Positions 1 through 7,572 of a DNA stretch of 64,000 nt are shown in pieces (within the stretch, counting starts at the first letter, position 1; each line of letters begins with the position of its first letter). A model generated the notes under the pieces. It was given only the letters and a program-made list of their open reading frames with translations. It was not told the DNA's origin and ran no database searches. The translations under genes and the position numbers were made by a program. The stretch is from an uncultured Gammaproteobacteria bacterium (lineage in GTDB: Bacteria > Patescibacteriota > Patescibacteriia > Patescibacteriales > GWC2-42-12): the NCBI GenBank assembly GCA_964537265.1, contig CAZHZE010000002.1, forward strand, positions 100,861-164,860. The letters are read 5' to 3'.

Positions 1-2298
1 AGTGGAACGCCTTTAACAGCAAAGGGCGGCGGCGGAGGAGGAAGATATACCGGTAGTGGTAGCTCTGGAAGTAACGGCGGAAGTGGTGGTGGCGCTGGTG
101 GAGATACTTCTGGAATTTATTCTGGAGGAACGGGTGAAATTGGGCAGGGGTATAATGGTGGCGCTAATGCTAATAATTCTTCTGGCGGCGGCGGTGGTGG
201 CGGTGGTGGAGCCGGAGAAGCTGGCCAAGACGGAGGAATTTACTCCGATGGTTATCCAGCTATGTGGTATGGGGGTAAGGGTGGAGACGGGTTGCCATTT
301 TCTATTTCCGGTTCATTAACTTACTATGGCGGCGGCGGTGGTGGAGTTAGCAATGTTCCTGATAGTGGAGTTAGACCGGGCGGTGCTGGCGGTGGTGGTA
401 GTAGCGCTGATCAAACTCACCATTGTACAGCCGGTGTCGCAAACACTGGTGGTGGCGGCGGCGGCGGTTATTATGCTAATTGGTCTCCGCCAGATTATGG
501 TGAAGCAGGCGGTTCGGGTGTTGTTATTATTAGATATTTAATTAGCGATTTTGATGTAAGAATTTTAAATAGGGTAATTTTTCGTACCTCTCCTGCTAGA
601 GGAGCCACTGGTGGAACTATTACAATTAATGGAGATTATACTATTCATACTTTTAATTCTAGTGGGGCAATTTCATTTCCTAAAGCCGGCAATGTTTCTG
701 TTTTAGTAGTTGGCGGCGGCGGAGGAGGAGGAGATAATTGGGCTGGCGGCGGCGGCGGCGGCGGTGTAGTTTATGAAGCATCACATGCTGTTAACGCTCA
801 ATCCTATTCTATTACAGTTGGAGGAGGAGGTGTGGGGGCAAGTTCTGGGGACGGTGGTAATGGTGAAAATTCAGTTTTTGACAATATAACAGCAGTTGGC
901 GGCGGCGGGGGTGGAGGTTCGATTTCTGGAGGGGGGACTGGAAATAATGGCGGTTCTGGCGGCGGCGGTCAAGTTGTTGATGGTACTGGAGGTTCAGGAA
1001 CAGTAGGACAAGGATATGACGGAGGCGATGCTCTTGGCACTTGGTCTTCTCCTTATTATGGCGCGGCCGGCGGCGGAGGAGCAGGAGAAGTTGGAGAAGA
1101 TGGTCAACCACCAGCGTCTGGCGGAGGCGGAAATGGCGGTGACGGTCTTGCTTATGATATTTCCGGAGTTTCAACATACTATGGCGGAGGAGGCGGAGGA
1201 GGCGGAGTTGATAGTTATACTGTTTCAGCAGGCGATGGAGGTTTAGGTGGAGGCGGAAATGGCGGTTATAATACTGCAGGTGAAAATGGAGATGCTAATA
1301 CTGGAGGAGGAGGAGGAGGAGGAAATTATGCTGATGGTGGTAACGGCGGTTCAGGCATTGTTATTATTAAATATTTAACTAGTGATTTTTCAGATACGAC
1401 TAATAGTATAAGAAAAATAATTTTTAGAACAACCTCTTTATCAGCTCCAGCCGGTGGAACAATTACAACTGATGGAGATTATACTGTCCATACTTTTACT
1501 TCCGACGGGACAATGACATTTTTTAAGGGCGGTAATGTTGAGGTTTTAGTTGTTGGCGGAGGTGGTGGTGGAGGAGAAGGAAATGGAAGCTCTTGGGCTG
1601 GTTCTGGGGGTGGCGCTGGCGGCGTTCTTTATCATCCAGCAAAAATTGTAACAGCACAAGAATATTCAGTAATTGTTGGTAGTGGAGGAGCATCTCATAC
1701 AAAAGGCGAAGACTCTGTTTTTGATGATTTGACCGCATACGGTGGGGGTAAAGGATTAAATTACGAAGAATCAGCAACACCTTCTTTGGCAGATGGTGGC
1801 TCTGGCGGAGGAGGCAGATATAATTTTGGAAGCGGTGGTTCTTCAACTCAAATAAACATGAATGGGGCAACTGGATATGGTCATAAAGGAGGAGATGCTA
1901 CCGCAGGCGATATTTCAGGTAGTGGTGGAGGAGCTGGAGCAGATGGAACTGGTTATTATACAAGTCCAAACGGGGGAGATGGATTAGATATATTTTCTGA
2001 TTTACTTATTGCTGCAAATGCAGGTGTGGATATAAGTGGAACACACTGGATTGCTGGTGGAGGTGCGGCACTTTCCGGAACTGGTGGTAAAGGTGGTGGA
2101 GGAGTTGGAGGTTCAAGCCCTGGAGTACCTGGAGGAGATGGCACTGAAAATACTGGGGGTGGTGGTGGGGGATGTTTTGGTGGGCCAGGTCTTCTAGGTG
2201 GTGCTGGCGGTTCGGGTATTGTTATAATTAGATATTTAACTAGCGATTTTTTAAACAGCGGATCACCCGTAATTTTTAAAACCGGTGTTAGCCTTTAG
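1..2298 (+). CDS. Glycine-rich tandem-repeat surface/secreted protein; 5' end lies outside the window (reading frame is open from nt 1 in the same frame as the ORF-track Met at 262)
   Basis: Frame 1 is open from nt 1 to the TAG at 2296-2298. The protein consists of long GGGxG(N/D) low-complexity tracts punctuated three times by a conserved hydrophobic module (GSG[IV]VII[RK]YL[IT]SDF...F[RK]T...GGTIT..GDYT[IV]HTF...VLVVGGGGGGG). No catalytic motif was recognised. Confidence 0.7.
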   Translation, partial: SGTPLTAKGGGGGGRYTGSGSSGSNGGSGGGAGGDTSGIYSGGTGEIGQGYNGGANANNSSGGGGGGGGGAGEAGQDGGIYSDGYPAMWYGGKGGDGLPFSISGSLTYYGGGGGGVSNVPDSGVRPGGAGGGGSSADQTHHCTAGVANTGGGGGGGYYANWSPPDYGEAGGSGVVIIRYLISDFDVRILNRVIFRTSPARGATGGTITINGDYTIHTFNSSGAISFPKAGNVSVLVVGGGGGGGDNWAGGGGGGGVVYEASHAVNAQSYSITVGGGGVGASSGDGGNGENSVFDNITAVGGGGGGGSISGGGTGNNGGSGGGGQVVDGTGGSGTVGQGYDGGDALGTWSSPYYGAAGGGGAGEVGEDGQPPASGGGGNGGDGLAYDISGVSTYYGGGGGGGGVDSYTVSAGDGGLGGGGNGGYNTAGENGDANTGGGGGGGNYADGGNGGSGIVIIKYLTSDFSDTTNSIRKIIFRTTSLSAPAGGTITTDGDYTVHTFTSDGTMTFFKGGNVEVLVVGGGGGGGEGNGSSWAGSGGGAGGVLYHPAKIVTAQEYSVIVGSGGASHTKGEDSVFDDLTAYGGGKGLNYEESATPSLADGGSGGGGRYNFGSGGSSTQINMNGATGYGHKGGDATAGDISGSGGGAGADGTGYYTSPNGGDGLDIFSDLLIAANAGVDISGTHWIAGGGAALSGTGGKGGGGVGGSSPGVPGGDGTENTGGGGGGCFGGPGLLGGAGGSGIVIIRYLTSDFLNSGSPVIFKTGVSL
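508..2247 (+). repeat. Three large direct (tandem) repeat units of about 0.85 kb inside the glycine-rich gene, marked by the recurring ggttc[ag]gg[cty]attgttat[tta]attaa/gatatttaac tagygatttt block at about 520, 1350 and 2210
   Basis: Near-identical 40-nt DNA blocks seen at about 508-549, 1348-1389 and 2206-2247 encode GSGxVII[RK]YLxSDF. The intervening protein sequence is also parallel between units. Confidence 0.7.
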
Positions 2299-2301
2299 TT
2301 T

Positions 2302-5265
2302 ATGAATAATTTATTAGAAAATTTAAACAAAGAGCAATTAAAAGCTGTTTTACATAAAAACGGACCGCTTTTAATTGTGGCCGGAGCCGGCACAGGTAAA
2401 ACTACGGTTATAACTCAGCGCATCGCTTATTTAATTGAACAGGGTTTGGCTAAATCAGATGAAGTCTTAGCTTTAACTTTTACGGAAAAGGCGGCTGCGG
2501 AAATGGAAGATCGAGTCGGTTCGCTACTGCCTATCGGTTATTTTGATTTATGGGTTTCAACTTTTCATAGTTTTGCTGAGCGAATTTTAAAAGAACATGG
2601 CCTAACTATTGGTTTACCCGGCGATTTTAAATTGCTAAATGAATTTGAGCAATGGGCTTTAGTTAAAAAGAATTTAGATAAATTTGAATTAGATTATTAT
2701 CGACCGTTAGGCAATCCAACTAAATTTATTCGCGCCATGCTAAAACATTTTTCTCGCGCTAAAGATGAAGATATAAGTCCGGCTAATTATATTAAATATG
2801 CCGACGAACTAAAACAAAATTTAGATAGTATGCTGTCCGGCGCTTCAGATAAAATAATAGTCGAACAGGAGGTCGCGCGCATTAATGAAATTGCTAACGC
2901 TTATCATGTTTATCAACAATTATTATTAGATAATAGCGCTATAGATTTCGGCGACTTAATAAATTATACTTTAAGATTATTCCGCGAGCGCCCAGCAATT
3001 TTAGAAAAATATAGAAAACAGTTTAAATATATTTTAGTAGACGAATTTCAAGATACTAATTGGGCGCAGTATGAATTAGTAAAGCTTTTGTCTGAACCGA
3101 CTAATAATCTTACTGTAGTCGGAGATGATGATCAATCAATTTATCGTTTTCGCGGTGCCTCTATGTCTAATATTCTGCAATTTTCTAAAGATTATCTGAA
3201 AGCTGAAAAAATAGTTTTAACTAAAAATTATCGCAGTCAGCAAAATATCTTAGATTTGTCTTATGAATTTATAAAACAAAATAATCCTAATCGATTGGAA
3301 TGGCAATTTAAAAAAGATAAAAATTTAAGTAAAAAACTAATAGCCGAAAATTCCGGTCAGGGTGAAATTGCGGTTATTCAAGGCGCTGATTTAAATCAAG
3401 AAGTAAAATTAGTAGCTGATAAAATAATTGAATTAAAAAAGAAAAACAAAAATTTAAGTTTAAGCGATTTTGCGGTTTTAGTGCGCGCTAATGATTCGGC
3501 TAATGATTTTATGGTTGAATTTGATCGCCGTGGCTTGCCTTTTATTTTTGGCGCTTCAAAAGGACTTTATGCCAAACCGATAATTATGGACATAATAGCT
3601 TATTTTAAATTATTAGATAATTATCATGAAAGTTTGGCGTTATGGCGTATTTTAAATTTATCGATTTTTAATTTTACTTCTGAAGAATTAGTTAATTTTA
3701 ACCATTTAGCTAATAAAAAAGCTTGGTCGCTTTTTGAGGTCATAAATAGCGGTAGCGTTTTAAAATTTTCGAGTGAGTTAGAAAATAAAATAAAACCGGT
3801 TTTAGCTTTAATCTCTAAACATTCAATTTTGGCGCGGGAGAAATCTATTAGCGAAGTTTTTTTGGCTTTTATGAATGACAGCGGTTATTTAAAATATTTA
3901 TCTAGTTTAGGAGATCCAAAAACAGGCGAAGCCATTGCTTTACTTAATCAATTTTTAAAACGGGTGCAAAATTTTGAAAGTTCTTCAGACAATAAAAACG
4001 TTAAAGCATTTTTAACCGAATTAAATTTAGAAATGGAGGCCGGGGAAGAAGGTAGTTTAGAGGCTGACTTAGATATTGGTCCGGAGGCCGTAAAAATTTT
4101 AACTGTGCATGGCACTAAAGGTTTAGAATTTAAATATGTTTTTATTAGCAATTTAGTTGATAAACGTTTCCCGACGATTGAAAGAAATGAACAGATTAGC
4201 TTGCCGGATGCTTTAATTAAAGAAATTTTACCAGTTGGCGATGTGCATTTAGAAGAAGAGCGACGTTTATTTTATGTAGCTATTACACGCGCTAAAAACG
4301 GTTTATATTTTTCCTGGGCCGAGGATTACGGCGGTAAAATTAAAAAGAAACCGTCAAGATTTTTACAAGAACTTGGGCTAATAAAAAAAGGCGCGAGCGA
4401 AATAAAAAAATCTCAAATTACGAATTATGAATTACAAATTACGAATAAAGAAGAAAAGCAAAAATCTAAAACGGAAAATTTTATTATTCCTGGGCATTTT
4501 TCCTATTCGCAATTAGCCGCTTACTCAGCCTGCCCATATCAATATCGTTTTGCCCATGTTTTAAAAATCCCAACCATGGGTAAAGAACAGTTTTCTTTTG
4601 GTAAAACTTTGCATTCAACTTTGCAGAAAATATTTATTTTACTTAACGAAAAAAAAGGTTTAGGCCAGGCCGGTTTATTTGATAATAAAATTAATAAATC
4701 AAAAGAAGATATAACTTTTGAAGAAATTTTAAAACTTTACGAAGAGAGCTGGATTGATGATTGGTTTGAATCTAAAAATAAAAAGCAAGAAAGAAAAAAG
4801 CAGGGTCAAGTTATTTTAAAAGGTTTTTATGAAAAATATAAAGCTAATTGGCCATCGGCGCTATATCTAGAAAAGGGTTTTAATTTAAAAATTAAAAATG
4901 GCCAAGATTTTTATATTATAAGAGGCGCGATTGACCGAATTGATCAAGTTGATGGCGGGTTAAAATTAGTTGATTATAAAACCGGCAAGCCAAAAAAAGA
5001 ACTTAAATTTGACGATAAAGAGCAATTATTAATTTATCAATTAGCGGTTCAAGAATTATTTAAACAAGAAGTTAAAGCTTTAACTTTCTATTATCTTGAC
5101 GATAATAGCGAATTTGAATTCATTGGCTCTACTAAAGATTTAGAAAAGATAAAAAATAAAATTATTGATACTATAGAAGAGATAAAAAAAGGTAAATTTA
5201 AAGCCAGCCCGGGCGCTTTATGCGCTTGGTGCGATTTTAAAGAAATTTGTGAGTTTAGAGGTTAG
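2302..5265 (+). CDS. UvrD/PcrA-family superfamily-1 helicase fused to a C-terminal PD-(D/E)XK nuclease domain with a Cas4/AddB-type four-cysteine Fe-S motif
   Basis: The N-terminus carries the UvrD Walker A motif (LIVAGAGTGKTTV) and a Walker B/DEFQD motif (ILVDEFQDTN). The C-terminus carries CPY...C-x2-C-x5-C (ALCAWCDFKEIC), typical of RecB-family nucleases with an iron-sulfur cluster (Cas4, AddB, Dna2). Confidence 0.85.
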   Translation: MNNLLENLNKEQLKAVLHKNGPLLIVAGAGTGKTTVITQRIAYLIEQGLAKSDEVLALTFTEKAAAEMEDRVGSLLPIGYFDLWVSTFHSFAERILKEHGLTIGLPGDFKLLNEFEQWALVKKNLDKFELDYYRPLGNPTKFIRAMLKHFSRAKDEDISPANYIKYADELKQNLDSMLSGASDKIIVEQEVARINEIANAYHVYQQLLLDNSAIDFGDLINYTLRLFRERPAILEKYRKQFKYILVDEFQDTNWAQYELVKLLSEPTNNLTVVGDDDQSIYRFRGASMSNILQFSKDYLKAEKIVLTKNYRSQQNILDLSYEFIKQNNPNRLEWQFKKDKNLSKKLIAENSGQGEIAVIQGADLNQEVKLVADKIIELKKKNKNLSLSDFAVLVRANDSANDFMVEFDRRGLPFIFGASKGLYAKPIIMDIIAYFKLLDNYHESLALWRILNLSIFNFTSEELVNFNHLANKKAWSLFEVINSGSVLKFSSELENKIKPVLALISKHSILAREKSISEVFLAFMNDSGYLKYLSSLGDPKTGEAIALLNQFLKRVQNFESSSDNKNVKAFLTELNLEMEAGEEGSLEADLDIGPEAVKILTVHGTKGLEFKYVFISNLVDKRFPTIERNEQISLPDALIKEILPVGDVHLEEERRLFYVAITRAKNGLYFSWAEDYGGKIKKKPSRFLQELGLIKKGASEIKKSQITNYELQITNKEEKQKSKTENFIIPGHFSYSQLAAYSACPYQYRFAHVLKIPTMGKEQFSFGKTLHSTLQKIFILLNEKKGLGQAGLFDNKINKSKEDITFEEILKLYEESWIDDWFESKNKKQERKKQGQVILKGFYEKYKANWPSALYLEKGFNLKIKNGQDFYIIRGAIDRIDQVDGGLKLVDYKTGKPKKELKFDDKEQLLIYQLAVQELFKQEVKALTFYYLDDNSEFEFIGSTKDLEKIKNKIIDTIEEIKKGKFKASPGALCAWCDFKEICEFRG
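4414..4448 (+). repeat. Five tandem 7-bp units (caaatta cgaatta tgaatta caaatta cgaataa) in-frame inside the helicase gene, encoding QITNYELQITN
   Basis: Read directly from the sequence. A nearly identical 35-nt block is present in recG at 38597-38631. Confidence 0.8.
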
Positions 5266-5404
5266 CCCTGTTAAATCAAAGTGCGCATTTTTGAAAAAAG
5301 AATATTAAATAAAGCATTGAGTTAATTGTTGTAAAAATTTATAAAAAATTATTTAATCGGGGTTGAAAATTTAGCCATAAAATGTTAAAGTAAAGTTATA
5401 ATTT

Positions 5405-5830
5405 ATGTCTTTGCGTCTATATTTATTAATTATGTCAGCCATGACGGCGTTATGCGCCGTTATGTTTGGTTATATTCTATTTACGGTTGATCCGCAAACT
5501 ACAAATAGCGTAGGTTTTTTTCTTTTTTATCTGTCTTTATTTTTATTGGTTAGCGGCGCGACGGCTATTATTGGTTTTATAATTAGATTTATAATTTTTC
5601 GCCATGAGCTAATTATTAATACTGTAAAAGTTGCTTTTCGCCAGTCATTTTTTTTCGCCGGTTTTATCGTAGCAGTTTTACTTCTGCTTTCTAAAAATTT
5701 ATTAAGCTGGTTAAATTTAGCAATTTTAATAATCGGTTTATCCGCTTTAGAATTTTTTCTTTTAAGTTATAGTCGCCAAGGCGTCATGCCGGCCTCCGAA
5801 CCGGCATCCAGTAGTGAACAAAAGGAATGA
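5405..5830 (+). CDS. Small polytopic membrane protein, hypothetical
   Basis: The 141-aa ORF is strongly hydrophobic with about four predicted TM helices. A TATAAT-like box lies 6 nt upstream of the ATG, suggesting a possibly leaderless transcript. Confidence 0.5.
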   Translation: MSLRLYLLIMSAMTALCAVMFGYILFTVDPQTTNSVGFFLFYLSLFLLVSGATAIIGFIIRFIIFRHELIINTVKVAFRQSFFFAGFIVAVLLLLSKNLLSWLNLAILIIGLSALEFFLLSYSRQGVMPASEPASSSEQKE

Positions 5831-5879
5831 CAATATAAAGAGAAAAATAAAATTAGTTGTCATTGAATCACTGAAATAA

Positions 5880-6075
5880 TTATTTTTAATCGTTGTGTGT
5901 CATACACCACAGTAACGCTGCCGCGGGCCTTACTTTCTGCAACCAGAAAGTGAGCAAAGAGTTTTGGTGGTTTTCGATTGGCTATCACATTGATTAAAAT
6001 ATTTACTGTAAGCCTTGTCGCCAACTCAAACCCCCAAACCCCCGGGTGATTTAAAATATATTAATAAATAACTAT
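5880..6075. promoter_or_regulatory. GC-richer structured segment in the unusually long spacer upstream of pheS; candidate leader or small RNA
   Basis: A perfect hairpin actttctg-caac-cagaaagt is visible, flanked by ccgcgggcc and cccccgggtg blocks. Composition departs from the local AT-rich background. No T-box consensus (AATTAGGGTGGNACCGCG) was found. Confidence 0.2.
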
Positions 6076-6112
6076 TTAACAATTGTTTAGAAACTGAAAA
6101 TTAGAAATAATT

Positions 6113-7138
6113 ATGCAAGAGAAATTACAAAAATTAAAACAAGAAATTTTAAATCAATTGGCTGAAGTTAAAAAGCCGGAAGTTTTACGTGATTTAGAAA
6201 TAAAATATCTTGGTAGAAAAGGCGAGCTTACAAAAATTTTAAGAAGCGTAGCTGATTTAAGCGTGGAAGAAAAAAAGACTTTAGGAAAAATGGCTAATGA
6301 AATAAAGATCGAATTAATTAATAAATTTGAAGAAGTTAAAGCTGATTTAGGAAAAAATGTTAGCGCTGATTATGTTGATGCGACGTTACCTGGTTTAGAA
6401 ATTAAGCAAGGACATTTGCATCCTTTAACTATTTTACAGAACGAGATTGAAGATTTATTTTCTTCACTTGGCTTTATGGTGCTCGATGGTCCGGAATTAG
6501 AAAGCGATTATTATAATTTCACGGCTTTAAATATTCCTCCTTTTCATCCGGCGCGCGACATGCAGGATACTTTTTATATTGATCATACTAATAAAGACGG
6601 TCAATATGATATGTTAATGCGCACGCAAACTTCGCCTATGCAAATTAGAGCCATGCAAAAATATGGCGCGCCCATAAAATGCGTTGTGCCAGGCCGTTGT
6701 TTTAGAAATGAAGCAACCGACGTACGTCATGAACATACTTTTTATCAATTAGAAGGTTTAATGATAGATGAGAATATAAATTTTAGTAATTTAAAGGCTA
6801 TTTTAGAAGTTTTAGGTAAAAAATTGTTTGGACCGGATACAGTATTTAGAATGCGTCCAAAATTTTATCCGTTCGTTGAGCCGGGTTCTAATGGCGAATA
6901 TTCTTGTTTTTTATGCTCGGGTATTGGTTGCCGTTTATGCAAAAATACTGGTTGGTTGGAAATCGTCGGTTGCGGTATGGTGCATCCAAGCGTTTTAAAA
7001 GCCGGTGGCGTTGATCCAAAAAAATATCAAGGTTTCGCTTTTGGTTACGGCCTAGATAGATTAGCTATGTTAAAATATGGCATTAATGATATTAGATTAT
7101 TCCATAGTGGTGATTTAAAATTTCTTAAGCAGTTTTAA
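6113..7138 (+). CDS. pheS: Phenylalanine--tRNA ligase alpha subunit
   Basis: The class II aaRS motifs are present, including FHPARDMQDTFY and the C-terminal GFAFGYGLDRLAML. The gene sits immediately upstream of pheT. Confidence 0.95.
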   Translation: MQEKLQKLKQEILNQLAEVKKPEVLRDLEIKYLGRKGELTKILRSVADLSVEEKKTLGKMANEIKIELINKFEEVKADLGKNVSADYVDATLPGLEIKQGHLHPLTILQNEIEDLFSSLGFMVLDGPELESDYYNFTALNIPPFHPARDMQDTFYIDHTNKDGQYDMLMRTQTSPMQIRAMQKYGAPIKCVVPGRCFRNEATDVRHEHTFYQLEGLMIDENINFSNLKAILEVLGKKLFGPDTVFRMRPKFYPFVEPGSNGEYSCFLCSGIGCRLCKNTGWLEIVGCGMVHPSVLKAGGVDPKKYQGFAFGYGLDRLAMLKYGINDIRLFHSGDLKFLKQF

Positions 7139-7194
7139 GTAGTTGGTTAGTTAATTGGTTGATTAGTTAAGAAGTTTATAAGATATTATAATTT

Positions 7195-7566
7195 ATGGCG
7201 ACAGGGTTAGAAAATTTAAAAATATATAAACTGGCCGCGCGATTAGAAGTTTTTATTTATAAAGTAACAGAAAAATTTCCAGTAGATGAAAAATATAATA
7301 GTATAAGCCAACTAAGAAGATCGTCATTATCAGTCGCAAATAATATAGCTGAAAGTTATGGTCGTCATTCTTTTAAATCAAAAATAAATTATTTATACAT
7401 TGCTAGAGGAGAAGTGGAAGAAACAAGAAGTGGAGTTGATAGAGCCTATAAAAAAGGCTTTATTACAGAAAAAATGTCTAATTTTATAGTTGAAAAATAT
7501 ACAGAGCTTTTAAAAGGCATTAATTCATATATAAAATTTTTAAAAAACCAAAAAACTAAAAACTAA
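7195..7566 (+). CDS. Four-helix-bundle protein of the 23S rRNA intervening-sequence / Avd-like family, inserted between pheS and pheT
   Basis: The 123-aa protein has the N-terminal signature of this family, namely K[IL]YKLA..L...IYK.T.KFP..EKY.L..Q[LI]RR[SA]..S[VI]..NIAE[GS]. It is predicted to be all-helical. Confidence 0.8.
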   Translation: MATGLENLKIYKLAARLEVFIYKVTEKFPVDEKYNSISQLRRSSLSVANNIAESYGRHSFKSKINYLYIARGEVEETRSGVDRAYKKGFITEKMSNFIVEKYTELLKGINSYIKFLKNQKTKN

Positions 7567-7572
7567 TTAACT

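Noticed and set aside
812-2144. Minus-strand and alternate-frame ORFs inside the glycine-rich gene (13..228, 56..319, 326..541, 812..1177, 1016..1246, 1523..1870, 1956..2144)
   Set aside because: These are artefacts of GC-rich, repeat-rich codons on the opposite strand or frame. They have low-complexity translations and sit entirely inside a longer supported frame.
5831-6112. T-box riboswitch upstream of pheS
   Set aside because: The conserved T-box sequence (AATTAGGGTGGNACCGCG) and a recognisable specifier-loop arrangement are absent.
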